Of a DNA stretch of 64,000 bases, positions 40,145 through 50,256 are shown one piece after another (position 1 is the stretch's first letter; each line of letters opens with the position of its first letter). The stretch is from sequence record NC_025447.1; one strand, given 5' to 3'. Both the position numbers and the translations under genes were made by a program. The notes beneath the pieces are model-generated. The model was not told where the DNA came from. It did no database searches and saw only the letters and a list, made by a program, of their open reading frames with translations.

Positions 40145-40281
40145 TTATACCCTCCATTATAACCTTGTTAATATGTATATATTTAGTTTTATTATGCTGT
40201 TATCCAACAATTAATATGTTATTTGACAAAAGCAAATATAATAAAAACCAGACTTATTTAGAACAAGTCTGGTTAATTTTT

Positions 40282-41178
40282 TTACTTACCAGAGATGACA
40301 ATCTTACCACTGAAAGAAATATCAGAAGTGAAGATTACATCACCAGTACTACTAATTTGTGTATCAGTCACTACCAATTCAAATGGAGATGACGAAACAC
40401 TCCCAGGTGTTTTATTTGCATAAATTGAAATATACAAATTATCTGGTGTTTGATTGTGTTCAGATGCAGGAATAGTGATTGTAAAATCACCATCACTAGA
40501 AACCCAATCTGCTTGGTTTACCAATTTACTATAAGGTACTGTCATTGTTGTTGCTCCTATAATGTTTACTTTAACACTTGCATAATCTGTGATTTGACCA
40601 ATCACATCAATTGTTATATCCCCAATACCACTAACTGTTACTGTGGTTTGGAATACTGATTCCAATGCAACATTACCTGGGTCACCTTGTAGTTGGATCA
40701 TAATATCAGAACCTCTACCATGAACTGATTCTGGTAGTGTGTAAGTATAATGATCAGTAGTATCTGGCACTAATGTAAATGCAGAAACAGGAACTATTTC
40801 AGTAGTTACATATGAGCTATCAGTCCCAGGTGAGCTACCTTTAAATGGTTTCCAAATACCAAGATCTTTAATATAAATTTGAAGAACATTAGTACTATCA
40901 ACCAAAAAGTAAACGTCACCATCTAGACCGATCGAATCGGATGGTGCTGTTGTTCCACGTAAGATACCAGAACTACCACCACCACTGTGTGCGTTTAAAT
41001 ATCCCAATGTAACCAAGTGTGTGTTTGCAGTTGGTTCACCTGCTGAAATTGGAAGAAGTTGTGTTCCTGAGTAGTTTTGAATTTGCACAACACTACCATT
41101 TGTGGTAATCTGTGCACCATTCTTCCCAAGAATGAAGGACTTCTTCATGGTTCCTTCTAAATTAGAAAAAACTGCCAT
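40282..41178 (-). CDS. virion fibre/baseplate adaptor protein
   Basis: N-terminus MAVFSNLEGTMKKSFILGKNG shared with 41195..43336. Confidence 0.7.
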   Translation of the reverse strand: MAVFSNLEGTMKKSFILGKNGAQITTNGSVVQIQNYSGTQLLPISAGEPTANTHLVTLGYLNAHSGGGSSGILRGTTAPSDSIGLDGDVYFLVDSTNVLQIYIKDLGIWKPFKGSSPGTDSSYVTTEIVPVSAFTLVPDTTDHYTYTLPESVHGRGSDIMIQLQGDPGNVALESVFQTTVTVSGIGDITIDVIGQITDYASVKVNIIGATTMTVPYSKLVNQADWVSSDGDFTITIPASEHNQTPDNLYISIYANKTPGSVSSSPFELVVTDTQISSTGDVIFTSDISFSGKIVISGK

Positions 41179-41194
41179 TTTAATATAATCTCCT

Positions 41195-43336
41195 TTATGG
41201 TAGGGTTATGTAAGTTACGGGTTGGGCAGCTTTTAATGCTGCACCAGCGGCAGTTGCTGTTATGATAGGATCTGCAATATCAATTCTATATACGTTGTTT
41301 ACAACATACACTGCACGAGTTATATACGTTCTCAAATCACCACCATTTTCACCAGCACCGGATATAATGATCTCAGTACCAGCAGCTTTTGCATATTGGT
41401 TTTCACCCCATGACACACCCAATGCTTCTATGTATGTTTGTCCTGCTACCGTTTGTCTAATTGTGTCATATTTTCCGAAAAAAGAACCACCAACAGTTAC
41501 AATATATTTTCCACCCGATTGTTTATGAATAATCGTGCCTTCAGAGAAATAGCGTCCCCCAGGAAAAGTATCGTATGGAATATAATATTGCTCAACTACA
41601 GGTATCAGTACTGGGCCACGGTGACCTGTACCATCGATTGCAGTTGTAACTTTAAAGTTATTAGATGATTGGTCTATTCTGTCTACATACATTTTAGAAA
41701 AACTATATTTTGAAACATTACAATCATCTTGAACAACACAGTTAGTCCAATTAGTATAAGTATATTTAGAGCGAGTATAGATACCACCACCTTCGCCTTC
41801 GGTAGAGAGGTGTTGACCAATTACATCTAATTCTTTAGTTCTAATATCACTAAATTTAGATGATGATGGCAAACCACGCCAAAGGATTTTAGAACAAGTG
41901 ATATTGCTCAATTCTGTATTATTTAACCAATTATCAGAACCGGAAGTATAAACAAGTATAGAAGACTCTGGAATATAGAGATTAGAAATTTTAAAGTTTC
42001 TAGGTGGTCCAGCAAAACGACCAGAAGTTACACCCCAGTTTATTGAAACCATTCTATTTGTGATAGAAGGATCATTAAGCAAATGACCAGTCAACCCATC
42101 AATAATGAATTCTTTCGAACCATAAGTTATAACACCAGCAGTGGTTAATCCAGTACCAACAGAAACTAAAGATGATGGATAAACTTCATTATTAAGTATT
42201 TTAAAGTCCATTCCTAATTCAACGTGTATACATTGTCTAACATTATATAGTCTGTTATTTTTAATAACAAAGTTTCTGACATATTGTGTATCTGGTGCAT
42301 CTAAACCATAAGGACCAGAACCAGCAACGCCAATACCAATGCCCCAGTTTGAAAGTGGGATTGGAGCGTTAGAACCATCAACGTTTTCAATTACGTTTCC
42401 TTCAATCACAAAACCATCAGGATAATGTGAGTTAATTACGTTTAGTTCAATTGCATCACCATAGATATCATGAATATGGTTATATGAATATCTACCAACC
42501 TTCATTTTCTCACCAGTACCTTGTTGAAGAACACCATACTTACATTGGGTCATTTCATTAAAGCAAAAATCTATTGTTCCTGGTTGTGTCATACCTTGCA
42601 TTAAAAATGCAGCAGTACTTGTGATGTTTATAAATTTATTAAAATAAAACTTACCATCTCCACCGAAGAATTTTAAATAACATCCAGTAAGTGTTGCAAA
42701 TTGTATTTGGGAATTAATAACAGATACCATAGTACCACCGTTACCAGTAATAGTTCCCCCAAACCAAGTTACATCTTCTAGGTATATTGCAGTTTTGATA
42801 CGGTAATTACCACCAGCCTGAATTTGGATTTTATTTTCTTTAGCATAAGCAGCACATAAATTTACAGCAGCAGTGTCATCAGTTTCGCCATCACCTTTAG
42901 CACCAAATTCTTCTGGTGTTATATAAAACTGGGCCTGTTGAACTGTACCTCCAGTAATAAGTCCGATGAAATCACCACCATTTTTACTGGATAGAACTTT
43001 TTTATTAATGTATAATGATTTTACCCATGTACCATTACTTTTTGCAAAAATATCAACAATACCATCTTCATCAATTTGAAAATACGTATTATTGTTCTTT
43101 CCTACATCATCGGTAGGGGGTACAACACCAAATAATGCATTAGGGTTATCTTCAAGATATTTTACGTTAACTGCTGAATTAGGGTCAGATGAAGTTCCTA
43201 CCTTCAGTGGTAGGAACTGTTCTCCTAGATAATCTTTTATAGAAACTGAATCATTGATAAAATTTATTGAAGCACCTTTTTTCCCCAATATGAATTTGGG
43301 CTGCATAGTTCCTTCAAAATTAGAAAATACTGCCAT
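41195..43336 (-). CDS. tailspike depolymerase, WcaM-like (colanidase-type) beta-helix
   Basis: FGAKGDGETDDTAA pectate-lyase-like start; GDAIELNV, NWGIGIGVAGS, QYVRNFV, RQCIHVELG closely follow E. coli WcaM as recalled. Confidence 0.85.
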   Translation of the reverse strand: MAVFSNFEGTMQPKFILGKKGASINFINDSVSIKDYLGEQFLPLKVGTSSDPNSAVNVKYLEDNPNALFGVVPPTDDVGKNNNTYFQIDEDGIVDIFAKSNGTWVKSLYINKKVLSSKNGGDFIGLITGGTVQQAQFYITPEEFGAKGDGETDDTAAVNLCAAYAKENKIQIQAGGNYRIKTAIYLEDVTWFGGTITGNGGTMVSVINSQIQFATLTGCYLKFFGGDGKFYFNKFINITSTAAFLMQGMTQPGTIDFCFNEMTQCKYGVLQQGTGEKMKVGRYSYNHIHDIYGDAIELNVINSHYPDGFVIEGNVIENVDGSNAPIPLSNWGIGIGVAGSGPYGLDAPDTQYVRNFVIKNNRLYNVRQCIHVELGMDFKILNNEVYPSSLVSVGTGLTTAGVITYGSKEFIIDGLTGHLLNDPSITNRMVSINWGVTSGRFAGPPRNFKISNLYIPESSILVYTSGSDNWLNNTELSNITCSKILWRGLPSSSKFSDIRTKELDVIGQHLSTEGEGGGIYTRSKYTYTNWTNCVVQDDCNVSKYSFSKMYVDRIDQSSNNFKVTTAIDGTGHRGPVLIPVVEQYYIPYDTFPGGRYFSEGTIIHKQSGGKYIVTVGGSFFGKYDTIRQTVAGQTYIEALGVSWGENQYAKAAGTEIIISGAGENGGDLRTYITRAVYVVNNVYRIDIADPIITATAAGAALKAAQPVTYITLP

Positions 43337-43350
43337 TATGACATCCTCCC

Positions 43351-44466
43351 TTAAATATTATCTTGAATCGGTTGGATAGGAGCTTGCCATGAAAGAGTAC
43401 AAATAATTTCCATTTTTCCATAAGGACTGTTGTTAACAGAATCGTTGAATACACATGAAATAATTTCATCAACATCGGATGCTGCATGATTAGTTTCATT
43501 AACAATAAAACGCATCTGACGATTGATATCAAAGTAGGAAGTTGGTGCAATTACCGTCCCGCCAATATCTTCTTGTGCTTCACCACCAAAACGTACAAAC
43601 ATATCAGTTACTGGAAGAGAATAAGGTTGTATAACGTTTACATCAATATTAGAAACTACATATCCAGCAGGACATGTACCAATAACTAATAGTGCGTTAG
43701 TCCATGAGCTATCTATGGTATTTCTAATAGAAATTGTATCTTTACCTGGTGCACCTGGTTCGCCTTGTATACCTTGAATACCTTGCTGGCCTTCTTTACC
43801 ACGGAATAGAATACCCTCACTCCACTCTTTTGAAGGAGGGGTAGTTGTAGTTACTTCATCAACATAATATAGTTTTCCATCAGTGTTGTTATAAAAACAA
43901 TAATCAACTGGAAGATTTTCAATACTTGGAAATTGATCACCACTGCTATCAATATGGAAACGACCACGCGGACCTTGTTCACCACGGAAAGGTATACCAT
44001 CACTCCAAGTAGCAGTTACACTTTGATAGAAATAAAGTTTACCATCTTGAGTATTATAAAATGTATAGTTATTAAAAAGACCAGTTGTTGGGAAAGTAGT
44101 TCCAGCACTATCAATGTGGAACGGCTTACCCGCTTCACCCGTATCACCTTTACCAAACTCAACACTAATCCATGTACTTGTCGGATCTTGTGCATCATTT
44201 GATTTAAAGTATAGAGTACTGGTATTGTTAGCCAAGCTTAAGTAGCACCACCCAAGTGGTTCACCAACTTTAAATTGTTCGGAAGGAATTTCAAAACCAA
44301 TCTCATTAGGATAAAAGTTTTTACCATTCTCGCCATTCTGTCCTACAACAAGACCTAAATCTTGAATTGTGTTATCTGCATAGGTTACAATTAAATGCCC
44401 AGCACCATTAATAACTAGACTTTTGATGCCGGAGTTATTACATGAACCATTAAATGAAATTGTCAT
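43351..44466 (-). CDS. virion structural protein with collagen-like GXY segment
   Basis: ATG 44466 with SD AAGGGA; GKEGQQGIQGIQGEPGAPGKD; duplicated FHIDS.G..FP...FYN..DGKLY. Confidence 0.75.
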   Translation of the reverse strand: MTISFNGSCNNSGIKSLVINGAGHLIVTYADNTIQDLGLVVGQNGENGKNFYPNEIGFEIPSEQFKVGEPLGWCYLSLANNTSTLYFKSNDAQDPTSTWISVEFGKGDTGEAGKPFHIDSAGTTFPTTGLFNNYTFYNTQDGKLYFYQSVTATWSDGIPFRGEQGPRGRFHIDSSGDQFPSIENLPVDYCFYNNTDGKLYYVDEVTTTTPPSKEWSEGILFRGKEGQQGIQGIQGEPGAPGKDTISIRNTIDSSWTNALLVIGTCPAGYVVSNIDVNVIQPYSLPVTDMFVRFGGEAQEDIGGTVIAPTSYFDINRQMRFIVNETNHAASDVDEIISCVFNDSVNNSPYGKMEIICTLSWQAPIQPIQDNI

Positions 44467-44576
44467 AATATTTCCCTTGTATGAGTTAATGTCATATACC
44501 AATATTTATCAGTACAAAATACATTTCGTTATCATTAATAAATAAATGAAAGTTCACTACTAAAAGGGCTTAAACA

Positions 44577-45074
44577 ATGGCATTAAGATCAAAAGACTTT
44601 CTCTTCAGAAGAAAAACAAAAGATGGTTCATGGCAAGATTTTCCTGAATCTGATAGCTGGTATCCAGCTAACTTGGATTATCACTGGAATGAACAAACGT
44701 TACCACTAGCAAGTGGTGGCTACTATGGCTGTACTACAGGTTTACATACGATTTCATTTACACTACGTAATTTTATTGGTAGAATTTATGTGTTAGCTAC
44801 ATTAGCTAGTAATCCTACTGATGATGATTGGTTTCCAATTAAATTCACTGAAAGTTGTAATTATTATCTTGAATTTACTGATATGGTTATTTTAAATCCA
44901 AATGGTGGGGATTTAATTAGACAACAAGGAACTACCGGAACATTTGCTGAAACAGTAACTGGTAATTTTACTTACCTTAAAGTTGGTATAGACCGTGATT
45001 ATATTAGTAAGTATCCATCAGATGTCCAAAAAAGTTTAGCTGGGAAGTTAGAACAAATTTTAATTAACTACTAA
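44577..45074 (+). CDS. putative virion structural protein
   Basis: Late promoter TAAATA at 44539; 165 aa. Confidence 0.65.
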   Translation: MALRSKDFLFRRKTKDGSWQDFPESDSWYPANLDYHWNEQTLPLASGGYYGCTTGLHTISFTLRNFIGRIYVLATLASNPTDDDWFPIKFTESCNYYLEFTDMVILNPNGGDLIRQQGTTGTFAETVTGNFTYLKVGIDRDYISKYPSDVQKSLAGKLEQILINY

Positions 45075-45083
45075 GGATTAGAA

Positions 45084-45692
45084 ATGAAATTAGAAACAGA
45101 ACAACCAAAACTATTTGTTAAAGGTCATGTCCTAATTACTGACGTTACTGATCCATCAAATCAAAAAATCGTTTTAGATAAATCTAACGCTATTCACCCT
45201 GAAAATATGAGTACTGCCATTGCTAATGCGTTAGCATATAATCAAGACAGTACTGGTATTCCTATTGGTTCTATTAGCGAGATGCGTTTTGGTAATGGTG
45301 GTACAGTAGTTTTAAGTACTGGGCGTGTTACTTATAAAAAACCACGTGTTACATCATTTGGTGGTTTGTATTCACAAACATATTTGAAAAAAATCAACCC
45401 AAGAATTACGGCTGGTATCGATTCACAATATAATAATATTACGACTGTTCATATACCAGGTCAGTCCTATACTGATATTGTATGTATTTGTACTTTAGGC
45501 TTAGGTGAACCATCAGATCAAGGTGTGAGTTCAGGGACAAGCATGGACGGAACATATGTGTTTGATGAATTGGGATTATACACCGATGGTGATAGTGGTA
45601 TTCCTTTAACACATATTATTTTCCACCCAGTTGAAAAAAGTGCAAACCGTGTTTTGCAAATTAAATACACTGTGCGTGTACAACTACAATAA
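45084..45692 (+). CDS. putative baseplate/virion structural protein
   Basis: FDELGLYT and LTHIIFHPVEKSANR..QIKYTVRVQ motifs typical of myophage structural proteins. Confidence 0.7.
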   Translation: MKLETEQPKLFVKGHVLITDVTDPSNQKIVLDKSNAIHPENMSTAIANALAYNQDSTGIPIGSISEMRFGNGGTVVLSTGRVTYKKPRVTSFGGLYSQTYLKKINPRITAGIDSQYNNITTVHIPGQSYTDIVCICTLGLGEPSDQGVSSGTSMDGTYVFDELGLYTDGDSGIPLTHIIFHPVEKSANRVLQIKYTVRVQLQ

Positions 45693-45704
45693 TGGGGTCA
45701 TATA

Positions 45705-46805
45705 ATGAGTGTTAACTATACAATTTATCGAAGTAATGGTAGTGTTTATGCTACCATTCCAAATAACGTTATTTTAGGTCCAAATCAGCCAGGTAGTAAC
45801 CCAGTTCCATTAAATTTAGTTGGTAGAAACAAAGTAAGTTATGGTCAAGCATGGAATGAAAACTTTTTACATTTAGTTGAAAACTTCAGTTCAGCTTCAG
45901 CACCACGTGGTAACGTAAATGGTCAACTTTGGTATCGAAATACTGGAAGTACTGGTGAGTTATTAATATCATTAGTGGATAATGCTAGACAACCAGCAGA
46001 TATGGTAAGTGAAGCGGAATGGGCTTCTATTCCAATGATAACCGTATTCAACACTGTACCAGATGGTGAAAACAGTGTTATGGGTCGTATGGTATTAACC
46101 AGCAATGGTGATTCACTTCGTGTTTTGATGAAAAACAAAGAATGGCGTGAAATTCAAACATCTCGACCAGAAAACAAAGAATATACATCATTATTAGATA
46201 TTAACTATGATAATGGAAAAAAATACATAGAGTTTACACAAAGTAACAGTACTAAACCAATTGCGTATTTTAACTTAGGCGGTACTTCACAAGTAGATAC
46301 AAATAACTGGACAACATTAACTAATGGTACTGGTGTATTTGAATTTGGTAGCAACTATTTCTATGAATTAAAAATTATGATTAGAGAAGTAAATGATTCT
46401 TCTGGTGAGATAGTTTCTCTTCCATATAATTCAAAAACCTTTTTTATAAAAGGGCAATTCTATGTAGATAATCAAGGAACTTTTGTTCCTGGTTCGGTTG
46501 GGGCAAGTCAAATGCCAGACCCACGTAGGATTACACAATTAGAATCCATAAAAGATGTTATTACCAGTAGTCGCCCAAACTGGGACGTAAATATTGTTAT
46601 TAATGGTGTAGATCCATCTATCCCAAATCCTAATGGAACATCTAAAGCTGATTATGAAAATTGGGTTATCAATTCTCTAAACTCAAATAAAAATTTAGGT
46701 TTTCGAGTTGATGGTAGCATTAGTAATCTAACTGCTGGTGAATCCGTTAAACTACAAGCATCCGTGTTGTTAAATATTACAGGTATTCCGATTATTGGAG
46801 TATAA
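45705..46805 (+). CDS. virion structural protein
   Basis: LNLVGRN...YG...NENFLHLVENF...P...GQLWY motif. Confidence 0.7.
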   Translation: MSVNYTIYRSNGSVYATIPNNVILGPNQPGSNPVPLNLVGRNKVSYGQAWNENFLHLVENFSSASAPRGNVNGQLWYRNTGSTGELLISLVDNARQPADMVSEAEWASIPMITVFNTVPDGENSVMGRMVLTSNGDSLRVLMKNKEWREIQTSRPENKEYTSLLDINYDNGKKYIEFTQSNSTKPIAYFNLGGTSQVDTNNWTTLTNGTGVFEFGSNYFYELKIMIREVNDSSGEIVSLPYNSKTFFIKGQFYVDNQGTFVPGSVGASQMPDPRRITQLESIKDVITSSRPNWDVNIVINGVDPSIPNPNGTSKADYENWVINSLNSNKNLGFRVDGSISNLTAGESVKLQASVLLNITGIPIIGV

Positions 46806-46830
46806 AAAAAGGAGCCATGTGGCTCCTTTT
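46804..46830. terminator. bidirectional terminator
   Basis: AAAAAAAGGAGCC-atgt-GGCTCCTTTTT. Confidence 0.9.
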
Positions 46831-46834
46831 TGTT

Positions 46835-47299
46835 TTAATATCTATATGGTAAACTGTTGACAAACTGTGTACCTTCACGTATACTTTCCCATAGTGAGTA
46901 AAAATCTTTCATTAAGTTTGTGTTAAGTAAAGTATTTTTAGCACCAGGGTGTAATGGTTTAGGCCAAGAACCAATTCTAACCCAAGCATAACCAGAGCTT
47001 TCATGATTTAAAGTTGGTACAAATTCATTCTCAACTACAATAACAAATGAATAATATTTAAATTTACCATTTTTTGTACAAAATACATCAAACGGTATAA
47101 TATCAATAATGTTAGGTATTGAGTTGCCCAACTCTTCTTTAATTTCTCGCATCAGACCTTGTAGTGGTGTTTCGTTATGTTCAAGCTTTCCACCAACAAA
47201 TGCCCAGTTGTTAGAATAGGTACTTCTTTCAGAACGCAAGTTTAACATCATATGTCCAGTACTTTTTGATAAAAATATAGCACCAACCGCTTCATTCAT
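46835..47299 (-). CDS. Nudix hydrolase
   Basis: Nudix box GGKLEHNETPLQGLMREIKEELG. Confidence 0.9.
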   Translation of the reverse strand: MNEAVGAIFLSKSTGHMMLNLRSERSTYSNNWAFVGGKLEHNETPLQGLMREIKEELGNSIPNIIDIIPFDVFCTKNGKFKYYSFVIVVENEFVPTLNHESSGYAWVRIGSWPKPLHPGAKNTLLNTNLMKDFYSLWESIREGTQFVNSLPYRY

Positions 47300-47312
47300 A
47301 ACAACACCTCCT

Positions 47313-48656
47313 TTATTTGTCAGTGAAAGTTATTTTCCAATATCCCTGACGATACACAGGCATGATACTTTTATGCCATTTAAATTTGTCATTATATCTA
47401 TAATAACCATTGTCTTCTTTATTATAAATGTAATTTCGTACAGTAGATGGATCAATTAATTGTGCACCATCATTTGTAATTTTAAACAAATAATTTGATG
47501 GGATTTCGGTTTCTTTATAAATGATGTTATGTATACTGTTATTTACATAATATTGTTCAGGTAATGCACTTGAAAGTACTGAATCTTTCTGCACAAACCC
47601 ATGTATAGTGTAATCAACAGTATAATTGGTATTATCAAGCTGTACTATAATTTTGTTGGCATCTTCATTTTCACCATACGACGCTATATGACCTTTTAGT
47701 GGGTTGTCTTCTTCAATAGATTGTTGAAATTTAATCCCTACTTTTTTGTCATCAAAATTTGGTTCTAGATATTTAAGATATTTTTCCCATGAATATATTC
47801 CACCGTTGGGAGAAACCGCAGATAGCGATTGGCTAACCAAGGTAAGTTGGTATGTATCAGGTAAATTATACTTGGAATTAGTAATTTCTTCAACTTTAAT
47901 GCATAAATTCTTGGGTGTAAAAACATCTGTTATTATATCTGAATAATTTCCCATTTCAAAATCAAATTCGTCACGAGCACCTTTAATATTTGTAGTAATC
48001 TGTTGGATTAATTTTGGTTTTTCAACAATAGCTGGTAAAGAAAACCATATTGTCGTTTCAAATGTTAAAACCATTATATCCAAATCTGGGTCAGTTCCTT
48101 GTGGAAAACCACGAGTAGAAAACTGACAATCTATTAGTTCAACATCACTAAGCGATGTCCAATCTAACGGGTTATCAGATAATTGAAGTTGTATACTAGG
48201 TGCAAACAAAGTTGAGATTTGTTCGAATAATTCCATTTTAGTTTGAGTTTGAGTTACCCAAATATTCAAATCAAACGTAAAAGTCCAAGGTACTGGGTTA
48301 TGTCTTACAATTTTGTATTGTGTGTCAAGATCTTTTGTGTACTCATTAATAGCAGGGGACTTGTTAGACCCCATTACTATAGTTTCGTTGGCATTAGAAC
48401 GAATATTTTTACGATCCAACTTTAGTTGATTAACACTTATGGTCATTATAGGTGCTGATGGGAGAACATTTTCACTATTCCCATTTATAATTGCTGCTGC
48501 CATTCTTGAAATATCGGCATAGCGACATGGAACCTTTTTGTATTTTGGGTTTCCATTAGCATCAATACCATTTTGTACTTGAAATTCACCAAAAACTCTG
48601 ATAAGATGTTTCAGTACTCTGCGAAATTGACCGTCATAATAATAATCTATTTTCAT
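47313..48656 (-). CDS. tail sheath stabiliser/terminator protein (T4 gp15-like)
   Basis: YYYDGQFRR.L, KVPCRYA, PVPWTFTFDLNIW, ELFEQI..LF.P. Confidence 0.75.
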   Translation of the reverse strand: MKIDYYYDGQFRRVLKHLIRVFGEFQVQNGIDANGNPKYKKVPCRYADISRMAAAIINGNSENVLPSAPIMTISVNQLKLDRKNIRSNANETIVMGSNKSPAINEYTKDLDTQYKIVRHNPVPWTFTFDLNIWVTQTQTKMELFEQISTLFAPSIQLQLSDNPLDWTSLSDVELIDCQFSTRGFPQGTDPDLDIMVLTFETTIWFSLPAIVEKPKLIQQITTNIKGARDEFDFEMGNYSDIITDVFTPKNLCIKVEEITNSKYNLPDTYQLTLVSQSLSAVSPNGGIYSWEKYLKYLEPNFDDKKVGIKFQQSIEEDNPLKGHIASYGENEDANKIIVQLDNTNYTVDYTIHGFVQKDSVLSSALPEQYYVNNSIHNIIYKETEIPSNYLFKITNDGAQLIDPSTVRNYIYNKEDNGYYRYNDKFKWHKSIMPVYRQGYWKITFTDK

Positions 48657-50146
48657 TCTGTGTCCTTATGTATGCGATAAACAGTATTAGGTTTAACTGC
48701 GTCATGTAATGGAACTTTGTTATCACTATTTACAAACTGTGTAAGTGCTAAGTCTGCACCTTCCCACGGTTTTCTTCCACCATAATCAAAAATAACCCAT
48801 GAATTCTTAGTTGCATTGAATTCCCATAACGTAACTGGAGTATAATCGGTGCGATAGAAATAGTCACCATCTACTGCATCAGTTGGGAACATATTTCCTT
48901 CAGGGACTGTACCTCGTGCTGGTGGAATTTTAGGACGATAATCTTGTTGCGAATCAATATTACCATATACACAATTGGACGTGAATGGTTCATTGACATA
49001 AGTTACCTTTGGTTCCCCCCACTTGTCATCATTATACTGATAAATGTGTGGTTCTTTATAAAAAATACAAAAATCTTCCACATCTTCTGGTGGAACATCA
49101 CTGGTAGTATATTCTACATCACAATTTAACCATTTTTTAGCACTTTTATCATATTGATACAACGTATAACCTGTCACATCTGCGTCATTTTCTTTAAAGA
49201 AGAAGTCACCATCCATTGGTTTTCTGGGAAAGATGGTTCCACGCTTGACTTCCACAGAAATCCATGTATCATTAACAAACTCTTTGAGTACTGGGTATGT
49301 TTTTTTCAAAAAATACATTCCATCGGCAGGTTCTTCTGGAAAATCATAACCGTTAAGCATATATTTTGATAAATCTACTGTATCAGGTCGATCATCATAC
49401 AAATGTTCATTTGTATAATGAATATAGGGTACTTCATCATCAGCTTGCATGATGATACGGTTCATGATATCCATTTCATTGCCATAGTTACTGTTTTCCG
49501 ACGAACCATCATCGGTATTTCCATTACCATTATTAGGGTCATCTGGATTATCAGGATAATTATTGTTACCGAGTAAATCGGAGTACTCAGGTGAGTCGGT
49601 TAGCGGTTTAACTCTAAGTTTATAAATGTGATGTTGCCACGTAACCGAGTATCCCTCAGATGTACGAAATGCATCTTGGACGACATAGAAGCGGTTTAGA
49701 CCTGTATCTTTACCCAATACATCAAAATCACGTAAATTTGGTAGTTCTATCACATCCCCTGGCATGATTTTTCTACCTAAACGCTGCATCATTGTATTAT
49801 AATGGATTGTGATGTCCATAGTGTTGAAATTAAAGAACAATCCTGGGATTTTCAAGTCTGGAGTTGCTTCTTGAACTTGATAGACACAACTAAGTGTGAT
49901 AGCTTCAAGGTTGTAGTTTCTGTTTGGTGTGTCACCAAAAATTAAATCGCCAATACTTGACACAACTGATCCTGAAGATGTATAATCACCTCCATAGGAT
50001 AAGTCAGTGTTGTCAGCAACTTGTTTTGGACCGACATATGCATAAAGCCACATGTCAACTCCACCAATGTTGTATTGTTCAGCAATGGCAGAATCAATGA
50101 ACTTGTAATCATTGGTTCTACCTTTTTTCCACATTCTATATGTCAT
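48653..50146 (-). CDS. neck protein (T4 gp14-like) with C-terminal extension
   Basis: DYKFIDSAIAEQ..IGG, GDVIELP, YKLRVKP; ATGA overlap with the gp15-like gene. Confidence 0.7.
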   Translation of the reverse strand: MTYRMWKKGRTNDYKFIDSAIAEQYNIGGVDMWLYAYVGPKQVADNTDLSYGGDYTSSGSVVSSIGDLIFGDTPNRNYNLEAITLSCVYQVQEATPDLKIPGLFFNFNTMDITIHYNTMMQRLGRKIMPGDVIELPNLRDFDVLGKDTGLNRFYVVQDAFRTSEGYSVTWQHHIYKLRVKPLTDSPEYSDLLGNNNYPDNPDDPNNGNGNTDDGSSENSNYGNEMDIMNRIIMQADDEVPYIHYTNEHLYDDRPDTVDLSKYMLNGYDFPEEPADGMYFLKKTYPVLKEFVNDTWISVEVKRGTIFPRKPMDGDFFFKENDADVTGYTLYQYDKSAKKWLNCDVEYTTSDVPPEDVEDFCIFYKEPHIYQYNDDKWGEPKVTYVNEPFTSNCVYGNIDSQQDYRPKIPPARGTVPEGNMFPTDAVDGDYFYRTDYTPVTLWEFNATKNSWVIFDYGGRKPWEGADLALTQFVNSDNKVPLHDAVKPNTVYRIHKDTE

Positions 50147-50188
50147 GATTGTCTCCAAAATAAATCGGGTATATCTTTATTTACCTTG

Positions 50189-50216
50189 TAGACAAACCGT
50201 AAGAATGTGATATAAT
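50189..50216 (+). promoter_or_regulatory. sigma70-like promoter for the ClpA-like gene, back-to-back with a late promoter
   Basis: TAGACA-N16-TATAAT with TGTGA; TAAATA on the minus strand at 50178-50183. Confidence 0.7.
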
Positions 50217-50256
50217 GTTTATTAATTAGAGTGACGTGAATCACATAGGAGAATAC

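Noticed and set aside
35046-40214. Many long plus-strand ORFs antisense to the fibre gene
   Set aside because: Mirror ORFs caused by repetitive Thr/Val/Gly codons; no SD, promoter or terminator support
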